64,000 bases of DNA from Vicugna vicugna. Lineage: Eukaryota. Both the position numbers and the translations under genes were made by a program. The stretch is from NCBI GenBank assembly GCA_013265495.1, contig MU058844.1:6323260-6387259 (forward strand). Direction: 5' to 3'. The first letter of the stretch is position 1. Each line of letters starts with the position of its first letter. The notes under the pieces are model-generated. The model was given only the letters and a program-made list of their open reading frames with translations, had not been told where the DNA came from and did no database searches. Below are positions 38,401 through 50,700 of this stretch, piece by piece.

Positions 38401-38929
38401 TCAGAGATCAAGGGGTACACCAGGGTGAAACCGCCTTCTCACTGAACTTCTCTATCAACTTTCTGCACGTGTATTTTGAAGCTACACTTACAATTTTATA
38501 GACATCTTATTAAAATATCTATGCTATCTTTTCATATTAGGTAAGTGTCAGCAAATGTCATCCACCCAACTAAACTGGATATTCCTTGAAGACAAAGGCT
38601 ATGGCTTGCATGTGTTCATAACCTCGACAGCACAGCACATCGTAATATTATGAGTTCAGCACATATTCATTGAATTATTTGAGAGTCAAAGGCTTGAAAA
38701 ACATTATGGAATCAAATAAATTATTTCTCTGCTGAACCTGAGAACTTCAATCCAGTTAATAAAATAATAATAATAATAAAGAAAAGAAAGATTTAAAGTT
38801 AGAGAAATGTTGCAGTGTGATATATATAAAGAAAGGGTTGCAAATATTTTAACTATCACGGGCATAGCTTTTCAAGACACATGTGGGGTTTCCTTAAGGG
38901 AAAAAAATGACAAATTTCTATATTCCTAT

Positions 38930-39620
38930 ACGTTCCTATTCATCTTTCAATGTCTGACTTGAATGTTACCTCTTCTCTGCAGCTTTCCATGCCTATCTAT
39001 AAAGGTTGAATTAATTGATTTCTTGTTTTCCAACAGTATTTTGTTTGAGCCACTTCCATGTCATATTTTAATTAATTATTGTACTGTATGGTCTCCCCCA
39101 CCAGCATGCAGTTTTTCAAAGGTTTTAGCATAAAGAGAGTTCCCAACCAATGTTTGATAAATTGAGTAAAACTGAATGTAAAGATTTAAAAAATGAAGAA
39201 AAGGAAGACAAAAATCTAGCACCGACTCCATGGGAGGAAAAATTAAGAGTCTGTAAAGAAAGTATTTAAATTAAGTACTTCACAAACTAGGATAAAATAT
39301 TTTCAAAAACATATTTCAATTATGTTTTCTTCATAGCTTTAAGAAAAGCATGTGGAATAAAACGTCAGAAGGAGAGTCATTGGACTTAGACGTTCCTTAT
39401 ATTCTCATTATAAATTTCCTCATCTGTGAAATGGAGATGATATATAAATACACAAATGTGAAAGTGCCTTGTTAATTTAAAGCCTTATACAGTTTTCCCC
39501 CCCAATTATCCATGACAAAATTAAGGCTCAGAGGAATGATAACCTTCCTAAACCTTTAAAGCTAAAAAGCAATACAAGTAGGATTCCTAAAGCCAAACTC
39601 CTTCCATGATGCTCCACAAA
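38930..39620. mobile_element. Cluster of L2 (+, ~38930-39170) and MIR/MIR3 fragments (~39350-39620)
   Basis: ttgaatgttacctcttctctgcagctttcc and gtctcccccaccag; tttcctcatctgtgaaatggagatgat; aaattaaggctcagagga. Confidence 0.6.
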
Positions 39621-39889
39621 CCATTTGAACCAGTTGCCTCTTCCCAACTGCCTAGCCCCCATCTACCGAGTCCTGGTTCCCCAGTGATCCTCACTGAAAT
39701 GCCTTCTTCATTCATTCATTCAACATCGAATGCCCTGGGGCTGCCTGCTCTGAAAAGTCCTATTCTCTTTCAACCCTACATTCTGCTAGTAATAGATAAT
39801 CTGATAAATCATTACGCACTCTGCTATACTCAGTCTTTAATTTAGGACCATCCTCTAAGACGAAAAATTGTTTAATCTGAAGAAATGAC

Positions 39890-40110
39890 CCTGATGCATC
39901 AGTTTGAAAACTGTCCTAATCAAGCGATAAACTTGAATTATAATTATTTCAAGATATCTTTAATAACTCTAATAAATATAATATGACAAAATCACAGGTA
40001 CTGCTAAAACTACTCAGATTTGTTGTCCATATTTATAAATAAAAGAAAATGCTATATGTTTCATTCTAGGGGTTATTGGAAATAGATATATGATTATTTT
40101 TCTGTCTCAG
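39890..40110. mobile_element. hAT-Charlie DNA transposon fragment (MER113-like)
   Basis: aaaatcacaggtactgctaaaactact...tttgttg...aaagaaaatgcta. Confidence 0.5.
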
Positions 40111-42389
40111 TTTGTGCATTTTCTGAGTTCTGCCCAGAGATACACCGTCCTATACCCACTCTCCCTACGTTATTAACTAGGCTCTAGTGACATGGGGAGA
40201 TTTCAAGCATTTGAATCTTTTCACCTTCCCTAACTGGGCTGCACCAGTCACCTGTAGGGGGCTCCTTTTGCCTTCTACTGAAAACTTATGTTCTGACAAT
40301 GCTGGTAATTGTTCTTAATTATTGTCTTAAGTCTTTAAAGTCTACGTCAAGGTAAACAGATAAAATATTACATGTACATGTTATGTGAAGACGCATGAAA
40401 AACTTCAGAATGCGATGTCTCTTTTCCTACAGTTAGACATGCTATAAAATATTGTCATGATGAAATACTCAAGTCATTTATTTACCCCTTGAACTTAAAA
40501 AATGCCTACTGGCATACAATTCTAAGACTCAGCAGAAAAAACTTCCCTTAATTCTCTACTATTTTATGCAGCAGAATTGAAGGATTAGCTAGACCCTGTC
40601 GTGATATCTTTTCAGGACGAACGATGGCAGTATGTTTAAAAAGGAAAGTTACTGAAACAAAACGAAGTCCTGTTTTAGCCGTTTACTATATACTGTAAAG
40701 CCAGTAACGCATATAATCCATTTCCGAGGCTCCTTGCCATCAATGCTGAGTCTATTTTCAGGCACTTCACTTCTGACTTTGTTCTCATTTGCATCAGTAG
40801 TGCCATTACTGCCGTCTTCGATAAAATATATATAATGAGACTTAGAGGCTAAGAACAAAAGCACTATTTCATATATCATTTTATTAAATCAATTCCCTCA
40901 TTAGAAGCCATACTTTCTTCAACGCAAAATATGAATAGTTATAAAGAAACAATGTCTGTTGGAATTTTAGATGCTTAATTTCTTAAAGCAGAGCTGTCTT
41001 AAAGTTAGAAACTATGTTTTAAATAATAAACATCTCCATATTCTAATCAGAGAGAACAAAAACCAACCCCCAGAAGTAGGGATTTGAAAAATAAGGCAGT
41101 TTCCATATTTCTCCTAAAATATTTGCCAGCAAAAGTGGTCATTATTTTTAATGAAAAAAAAATCTATCTAACACAATTGCTCATCATTTACAATACTATT
41201 TGACTTAAATGTTGAAAGAGAAAAGTCACGGTCACTGGCAAATTTAGAAAATTATTTTAAAATTTCAAACAGTTTATGCAAATAATGTTGTTGATCTCTT
41301 CACTTCTTATTTAGCCAAGGCACTGTTCAGTCACTGATAAACTAAAACTACAACATTATATATAAAACAGCATTATATAAAACCCAGGGAGGTGATGTAT
41401 GAATTGTACTATGAAGTCAAATAAGCACCCAGTATTTGAGAGGAGAAAGCAAAGACACTAAAAGGAAACAATAACATACCATCTTTGTAAAAACTGTGTT
41501 AAGTGTGGCGGTCCACCCCTTACCCCTTCCTTGGTAAAAAAATCAATAGCCAATTGAAACGATGAAACTAATACACTCCAGTAATTTATACACACGATTT
41601 CATGAGTTTCCTCAAGGTTACACAGGTTAAGTAACTCTGTTATTCTTTTCAGATATGTTGTCAGGACCAAAGGCAAAGATTACAGTGGCTTTCTTTTTCT
41701 GCTTTCATAAAAAGTTAAATAAGAAAATAACCAGTATTTAATATTCATAAGAATCAAATGATATATTTGCAAAATTCCACAAGCCGTTTTCAGAAATTAA
41801 ATTTTATGTTTATGAAAGAAACTACAAAACTTACCTAATACTCCATTAAATTTATCTCTTATCATAAGGTCCAAACCCTAACCAAATCACTCGGAGATAA
41901 GAGTGTAAGAATCATATAAAACCATCTGTGCAAGAAAAATATGTTGAAGGGGCAAATAGAGGCTGAGGTTGTTATGGGAACAAATGTCCAAGTGAATCAA
42001 CTACGTAATGAACCAAAACACTCAACGTCAGTACTGCCAGTAATGAGCCCAAATCAAAGCCAATGAAATGCTTCTTGGTTTTTCCTTTCTTAAGTAAGTT
42101 CAACATTTTTGTGAGTGATGTGAATTCTAGTACATAAAACTTTGTTCAACCTAAGTTCAGACGAGCTAGAGAAAATTTTCAGGAAGTTCATTTATGCACT
42201 CTTTGTTTTAGCTTTATCACATCCTATTACATCAAAAGTTCATTTATATTACATTGCAGCAACTTAAATACATAATAAAATTTTCAGCCAATAAAAACAA
42301 AGGTCAGAACGTTAACAGAAAAAAAAAATCCGTAAAATTCTTACTGCCTTCAGAAAATGTTAAGCATGGTTGAGGGTGCAAACTTCAGG

Positions 42390-42522
42390 CATGTATGTGT
42401 CTGTCCAGGAAGACTGTGAACTCATCAAGGACAAGAACCATGATTCCATTATTTATTTTATTCTCCCCAACAGAATTTCACACACTACAGGTGCTTAAAA
42501 AAAAATGTGCTTATTGAATTAA
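42390..42522 (+). mobile_element. L2 3' end fragment
   Basis: agactgtgaactcatcaaggacaagaaccatg...caggtgcttaaaa...ttattgaatt. Confidence 0.6.
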
Positions 42523-43674
42523 ATTTATACAAAGCACTGAAGATGTAGACCCTCAATTAAAAAGATGCTATTTAAATCAAAAAGAATGGAGTTACAGAAG
42601 CTCCAGCTAATTACCAGAATATAATGAGAAAAATTTAAAGGAGGAAAACCAAAGAATGAAGGTGAGATTCAAGCTTGATTCAAAAATGAGTTTTGTTTCT
42701 CATTTAAAAAATATCAGGTATTAGGCAAGGGACATTGCAATTTCAATTAAGAAAGTAGAAGAAAATGAACATGGAAACCATTGGCTGGGGAAATTTTTAA
42801 AAAGAAAATTTTACGTTTTAGTTCTAAGTTTTAGTTCATAAGTTCGTATCGGCCACATATATGAGTATATTAAAAGAAGTCATTCTCTCCTAAAACATGA
42901 AGGATATTTAACAGCTGCCTAAACAATCCTTGAACAAAAGCTCCTGCATGTAAGCATAATTCTCAGGGCCAAAGTTGAACAAGTTTGTCTTGGGAACAAA
43001 ACTAAAAAGGGAGAACACAAAAGTAATAAAGAACAGAGTTTTTATGGAGTCAAAGAATGTTTGTTTAGGACATCACTCATCTCCATCATCGGCTTGATTT
43101 AAACTTTTATTACAAAAGATGTCAAACTGCTGTAAATATTTTCCCACTAGAAGGAGACGCTTACTGGATGTAAAGACTTTTTCTGAAATTTAATTTTCAA
43201 AATTCATTTATTCTTGTCCTTTAGCCTTAGAGCCACCAAGCATATCCCTAAAGGCGGTAGGAGCCACAAGGAAGATTGTAAGAAGTACAAAGAGCAGATC
43301 GTGCTCTGATCCAAGCCATGGAAGTCGTCTTCATTTCAATTAATTTACTTTGCCTTTATGAACCTACGAGTCTTTCAAGGAGGCTGACATTTCACTCATC
43401 TGAAAAAGCCTGGAATGTGACAGGGGAAAGGGAGGAGAAGTAAATCAAAGGGGTTAGCAATTTTCCAGATGCAATGTATTTTTCTTCTTTTCCACCAGAA
43501 ATTTTAGAGCGCTTTCTGACATTTTAATTCCCTGTGCAAGACCACGGTAGCAAAAAATGCTCACAGCTTCTATGTCAAAAAACAAACTCACACACACATG
43601 CACTTGCACGTATTCAAGAAACATACCAATTCCAATTTGCTGCTCCTTTAACTGAAAATATTTCCTTGAGTGTA

Positions 43675-43680
43675 TTTATT
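43675..43680 (-). terminator. ALX1: Candidate distal polyadenylation signal AATAAA
   Basis: TTTATT on the + strand. A GU/U-rich tract (tgtgtgtgtgagtttgttttttg, ~43577-43598) follows on the minus strand. Confidence 0.45.
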
Positions 43681-44226
43681 AGACATTTGTGTGTACAGTT
43701 TGATACAATTTTAGTTTAAAAGCAACAGTGGGTTTTGTAATTTTCCTTTTTTCTTGTGTAGGATAACCAATCACTGAGTCCATGCTGGCTTTTTCATGAA
43801 AAAGGTGGCATTTATAAAAACTGTTCTCATGACTATATTTTAAATCACACCGGGATATTTCAGTTATCACCTTTAGCCACGTGGTTTCAGGAAACGATGA
43901 CCAACGATTTCATGCAAATGCTGGTCATTTCAGAAGAGTTCTTTTTTCATGGAGTGAAATATATAGAGGTTAAAAAAAAAAGTCTTCGAGGCCTGCAGAT
44001 AAATTCTCAGCAACAGGGTATATGCTCATTGTGTCTTGGAGTCAGAGAGGGAGAAATGGCAGTTAACTCCCCAAAATGCCCTGCTTCAATATTTACCTGA
44101 CAGCTTCGGTATCTTGACATTTTCCCCAGTGCATTTCCTCCTTTTCCATGTATTATTTTACAAGGGATTTCTTGTTATTCAGAACTAACATAAATCAATC
44201 TATAACAGAGGAATTTGTTTAATACA

Positions 44227-44232
44227 TTTATT
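44227..44232 (-). terminator. ALX1: Proximal polyadenylation signal AATAAA of ALX1 (~300-nt 3' UTR)
   Basis: TTTATT on the + strand, ~296 nt downstream of the stop codon; the first AATAAA I found after the stop. Confidence 0.7.
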
Positions 44233-44527
44233 CTTTTAAGAAGTTGCATGATCATATTTCATCGACTCGTACAATAGAGGGAAAAAAACATACTACTAAA
44301 ACAGAGCTTGTGGAGACTGGTGCATGGTAAACCTATTGAGTCTTTTCAGAAGTTCATTCTTAGATTTTAACGTTAAATAATAACAACTATTCATTTAAGC
44401 TGGTCTCACTGTATATCTTGACCTTTTAGCAATTCCACACACAGCAGCTTATTGTGGTATCCTTTAAATATGAGAAATAAGAATGTTTTACTTTGCCACT
44501 AAGAGAAAAATAAAAGAGCACTGTATG

Positions 44528-44848
44528 TTACATGGCCCAAGAAATATTGGCAGTGTGCTCCTTGGCTTTCATTCGAAGCACTGCGATGCTGGAGGACCTC
44601 CTCTCAAACTCTGGCTTTGTTTCAAATGCATGTCCATTGGTAGCCCCCGTAAGAAGAGAGTCAGTGAAAAAATTGTTGAGGGGCACGTGGCTGAACTGGT
44701 TCTGGTGGTTTGAAAACCCTGTGTAACTGGAGTCTGTCCGAGGCGAGTGAGAGTAAGGTGTCATACAGGAGGAAGTGTCACGTGGTAACATGCACGAGGT
44801 AACCACAGAACCACCACTTGCATTTCCTGCCCACAAATTGTTCTGAAT
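44528..44848 (-). CDS. ALX1: ALX1 exon 4 coding part (106 aa + TAA; includes OAR/aristaless motif)
   Basis: Translates [24 protein letters not shown]...[27 protein letters not shown]. Acceptor is ttccag|[16 protein letters not shown] is the OAR motif. Confidence 0.98.
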   Translation of the reverse strand: MQNNLWAGNASGGSVVTSCMLPRDTSSCMTPYSHSPRTDSSYTGFSNHQNQFSHVPLNNFFTDSLLTGATNGHAFETKPEFERRSSSIAVLRMKAKEHTANISWAM

Positions 44849-47509
44849 CTGGAATATATAAAACAACAAATATTACATTTACGCGTTCTCACTTTTGTTC
44901 CCTTGCTTTTGTTAAACTGCATTTACTAAAGTTTGTTCGCTGTTCACTGCTGGCTCCCATAGGGTGGTCTGTAATTACGTTCTGAGTACATGAAGCAATT
45001 ACTGAGAAATAATTATTTGAAAGACTCTTCTGGCTTGTTGTCCTATAATAGATCACCAAAACCCACATGCTTGACCATATGAAATACTCTCACAACATGT
45101 CAGCCTCTTGAGGATTCTTTTTATAGTCATGATTCTTAAAATAAAATCTGGAAGCTTTAGTCATGATTCCCGACCAATTCATGTGCTTTAAAAAGTGGTT
45201 ACAAGTACAGTTTTAAGTTTAAAGACAGTTTTCATCTTTCTAAACAAAGGTACACAGTTGCTTGTTTTTGTTTTGTTTTTTTTTAAGTTCCACAGTTGTA
45301 CGCTCAGTGTGGTAGTTTTTGCTGCAAATCATTGCTGACATCAGGCTGTTTGCTCTGTAAAGATATTTTTGATCAAACTCATTTTGGAAAATGTTTACCC
45401 TTTCTTTTCTTCATTTCCTATAGTCTTGAATACATAGTTCTGTGAATAGGGGAATTATACACATATTTGAAACATTTACTCTGATTTATATATGATATAG
45501 TGAGGATGCAACAGAAGTATGACATGTAAAAGAAATTTAGAATTCTAAAACATGACCATTACCAAAAAATGGAGGCACAACTAAGGAAAACATGCAAGTA
45601 TTAGCAAAAATATCATATGAGTATAATTAAAGTGCTAGCTTACATAAGACTGAAAACTGGGTTATCATTTGTGCCCCCCAAAATTCACATTTCATCTTAT
45701 TAAATCTCTACAGGAAACAATTCAGTGCAGCATTACCAGCAAATACAAACTTCTCTCAAGCTACCATTATGTAAAAGCAACACTTAGTAGAATTTGTGTA
45801 CTGTGAATTCTAAATAGGATGCATCTTAGACCAGCCATTTAAACAAGGGCAAAAAACAGTGATCACATGTGTTACTGAGAAGCACAGAGAAAATCATGGC
45901 AAACAGCGGGATCTGGGCAAAAAGGAGGAGAATGTTGCATGGTGTAGCATGGCAGAGACATGCAGCCTTAGAAGATGAAATTTAAAAATTACATGCCTCT
46001 TGCAATATTATTACAGTAGATTTAAACTGGAACACAAGCAGCAATTTATACGTGTACCCCATCTGGATTTCTTTTTTTAAATCATGATAATTAGAACAGA
46101 GTCGTCAATTATCTCAACATATATACAAGAAATGCTTTCTTATATTTATTTTTACACAAAAATATAGAGTCTGGCATAGTCTTAAACCTTAAATGCTCAA
46201 GCTTAAATCATACTTTTTAAAGGCAACTTATTTTCAATTAACTGCAGAAAATATGTTAATAAATCTTCTAGACCACAATTGTAAACATGTTACTCTGTCA
46301 CTTAGTTTCAAAACTGAACAGTCTAATTTCATCCCTTAGGTGGGGTTTCAACGACTGGCAAGATGCTCATTTTAGTGTTGTTTTAAAAGTAGTTCTTTGT
46401 AATAAATATTTTCTAAGCTGCTTTAAATATGTCAAATCTGTGAAAGCTATCTATAGATATTATCTATCTATATATCATAACTTGCATATTTTATTCATCC
46501 TTAAATTGTCATGGGTTACGTTGTTTTAATTTTGGTTCATTCTACTATATGCATCCCGCGCTTCAGTCAAAATACGATGATTGGTGCCAGTGATTGCTGA
46601 GTTATGTATCTCAAACCAACAAGAGGGGCTGCTAATGTCATTACTCTGTCAAACTAACTTTTCTAACTTGATCTGGGTGACTTCCCTCTGAAATTCAATC
46701 AAACATTGTGCTACACTGCAGAAACCACAATCACATGTCTGACAAAAGGGCTTTCAGGAAATGAAAGTGACTTTGCTTGCTTACTTTTGAAAAAAATAAA
46801 TGAAAGGCAAGATAGTGGTGGAGAAAGATTATTTACATTTTACGTGTGTGGAAGGATTTCTCTATTTATACAGTGTTGCTAGAATTTATTATTAAAGTCA
46901 TCTACTCATATTCCTAATGCATAGAAATATATTTACCAAATAGGTAAAAACGAAAAAAATAAGGAAAGTAAAAGCAGGAAGGTAATCTACAAGTTGACAC
47001 TTAAAATATTTTCCCCCTAAAAGAATTAACAGTAATCCATGTATAAAATGAAAAGAAATTCTCCAATTTCCATGGCATGGGCAAATATTTTTATTTTGAT
47101 CAAAACTTCTTACCTGAACATGATCAAGAAAGTTTTTAAATGCATTACTTCTGATGAAATGTAACATATAGAAACGTTTTCTGAACAGAGCAGACTGGTA
47201 AAGCAAGTTACTAACAGCAATACCTAAGTTGGGCTTGAGAAGAGACCCAAATGTTCCCAGAGGTAGTGATGCTGCCACACATTTTTACTGCTATGTCCTG
47301 TTTCCATGATCTCTGTCTCTCCCCTCTCTTCCCCTTCATTCATTTTCAAATTCCTTCATGTTTTCACTTGACTTGGGGGATCTAGTTGGTTTCTATAGCA
47401 AAATCAAGAAGCGAATCATAAAAAAACCATCCCAGCGAAGTGGCGTTCTGCTTCCTCTGAAGCATCCCCTCTGGATGTCTAAAGCATGACATTAATGATG
47501 GAGACTACG

Positions 47510-47700
47510 CTCATGACAGCAAGTTATTGATTAATTACCATGTGTCAAGCATTATGAAGACTTCTAGTCCTTCCAATACGCTAAAAGGTGCGTGCTTTTA
47601 CTATCCCCACTTTGTAGAAGGTAAAACTATAGAGCAGAGAGTTTAAAAACCTCGCCCAAGACTGCGCCACTCCAATGTTAGAGGTCAAATCCGAACGCAG
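47510..47700 (-). mobile_element. MIR SINE in ALX1 intron 3
   Basis: taccatgtgtcaagcatt...tactatccccactttgtagaaggtaaaact...aacctcgcccaagact. Confidence 0.7.
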
Positions 47701-50700
47701 GAAACCTTCAGGAATGCCACAATGACAAAAACTAGTCTTATGAGTTGAAATTGCTTCTTTCCTTATTCATAACCCTAACTTGGCAGGTGTTCAGAGACTC
47801 TGCTTTCTGAAGGTAAAAACCGCCAGTGATTTACGCACAAATGTTTCCTTATCTGTAGGCCTAACATACACCTGATGAAACCTTAACATGCATTTATTCA
47901 ATGATGGAAAAATCTCTAAGATGAGTCCTAATATAAAATTTGGACTTACCCATCTTGCCGATGTAATCAAAATGGTCTGGACAACTTATGCTAATATATC
48001 TAGATTTTCTTTCATGATTTGAATGCTAGAATCACCATACTCTGTAATCTTAACAGAAATCATGAACATTACATAGTTAGACCCTGTTGACTACATTTCC
48101 CTAGGCAGGTTTTTTTTTTCCCCCTTTTTCTTTTTTTCTGTTAAACACCCATTCTCCATCATAGACACATCAGATGGAGATTCTGATTCATTAAGCACGC
48201 GGTGCGGCTCAGGGGATTTGTATTGAAACAATGGCAAAGATGATAATCCATACAGGCAGTTCTGAAATACTGCTGAAGCCCAACTTCCTTCTAAGTGCAG
48301 AAAACCCTTGCACACTTTCAATTATGTTTAATTCCTATGATAAAAGAAGCTCACCCTGTTTAAAAAAAGAAAAACATTACTTTCCCTTTTGGAGAGTTCT
48401 GTAAAAAAGTTAAGTGCTATCTTCCTATGTCTGTTGCTTCTATTTCTGTTCCTTAAAATACAGAATAAGCAGCATCCTTCTCACCTGTGAAAATCTCTGA
48501 ATATCATCAGGCAATTATCATACAATCACAAGTCTCTTTTCTTTAAGCACTCCTCACACGACACGGCTTCCAGACCGCATCATTACAGCCACGTTCCTGT
48601 GGATATGCTGGGGGTTGTCAGTACCCCTCACCCGTATTAACACCCAGCACTGACAGGAGAATGTTAATATTTGAGATGTCTGACCACCACAGGAATAACC
48701 TGGCAGGTGTCGTCTTTGTTCTACAGCATCTACTTCTGTTAATATTCGAAGGTGATACCTAATTAAACAACAAAATTGTTTGAGTTTATAGTTTAATAAA
48801 TCTGCTGCTGTCAAGGTGGGCTCAATCTGTCTCCTCCATCCCTCCATCCAATCCTATTCTTAAAAAAAATGGTCATTTTAAAACTAAGTAGTGGAATCCC
48901 TGTCATATTGTCTAAAACTGCATATTTGTCACCAGAGAAGCTGTACAAAAATCTTGCTCTCTGACTCTTGAAAAGAAATATTACATTTGCTGTTAAATTC
49001 TAGAATGAAAGGATGCATTTTTTTTCTAAATAGGATCTTTTTTTTTTTTTTGGACTATTTCACAGACACCTACAATGACAGTGCCCTGCATGAAATACTT
49101 ATTTTGTAGGCCTCTCACTGTATCATATTCAAGGGCTTAACAAAAATCAGGAATATCACTGAATAATGCCAACATCTTTTTTGCCTGTGTGCTTAAAAAA
49201 AAAAAAGACTGCCTCCCTTTACATTTTTTTCTTCTTTGTTGTATTTAAAAGGAGTGGATAATCTAAAAATATTCCATGTTTTAATGTGGTTCACAACGTT
49301 TTTAAAATTTCTGGGGGCATGTTCAAAGCACTGCCCAGGGAACTTAGCCAACTACCTCCCATTAGCATGAATGGAAGTTCAGCTGACTTACTACTCCACT
49401 TTGAAAGTTTGCCCCTTCATATTTTTCTAGTCAAATAAAAAGTTAACACTTAATTATTCTATGACTTTGAATTTGGGAGGAAAACTGACTTTTTGTCTGA
49501 GTCTTTCCAAATTGAAAAAAAAAAATCATTTAGCATTCACTTCCCTCCCAAGGAATTAAAAGCAATAGCTAAAAAGGAGAGAGTTAATACTGAAGTACAC
49601 ACATATATATTCAGAGTCCTTCATTATAGATATATATCTGTCATGAATTGAAGTAACAGGGTAAATCATCAATAGGAAATTATAAATCTCATTTACCTTC
49701 ATCTTAGAAACTGGACATAGACATATTCTTTGTCTAACCAAAATTATGAGGAAAATTTTGGTATGCTAAACCTGGTATATATTTCTAATATATTTACTGA
49801 TTTTATTGCAGTGAAGAATTTTTCATACTTTTAAAAAACCTTTTAAATAAAGCATAAGTTTGTTAGTCTTTGCTTTAGTTGTAAAGTAGCATGATGTGAA
49901 AAAAAAATCCAATAGCTTCTTGATAGCATTATATATTCTATGTTCTAATGCCAGTGCAATTTAGGAGACACTAGCCTATGGAATTTCATTTGGATTTAAC
50001 AGAAATATTGAACAATACGAAAATAAATGAGTAATAACTATTCTTTAATTTTAAAGCATCTTTAAAACTACCTAAATGATATTTTTCTACTGAAATAAGT
50101 TTATTTAACCCTGACTCCTCTCTATATAGACTGCTCCTACCTGTCACCAATATCCGTATGTACACTCATGCAACAACACACACACACCATGATACACAAA
50201 TCATCCTATACTCACGCAGCCCTCACACTGACCCCCACGTTTCCCTGTGGGGGTTAAAAGGCTGCTTTAAAAAGACAGAGATGAGGGATTCACAAAGGGG
50301 TACTTGTGATGATGTTACAGCAATAGCTTCTTTGCATTAAAATCTGAAAGTTGATTTTGGTTTTTCCTCTTTGACAAAATGTTTACATCTGTTGACTACT
50401 CTAGTATTATTTAATACTTTTAGTATAGACTTATTATCACATTATCACTATACAATTTAATTCACCCAATTTTTTATATGGTCTATTTTTTTAAAAAATG
50501 CAGACATCACTTTTTATAAAAGCAGTTCAATTTTTGAAGGGACTATTACGTTCTTTACTAGCATATCCCTTCCTTTAAAATTTAGAGTGGTAAAATATTA
50601 ATAAGAATCACATGCTTAGTAACTTACAGATATTTTTAGCTGTTGACTAACTTTAAGGTCCCATTAACTTTTCTAGTAACTGCATCAGTAGGTTGCTGGC

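Noticed and set aside
40251..40264. CTCF-like cctgtagggggctc
   Set aside because: Two core mismatches and no supporting context; not assessable without a PWM or ChIP data.
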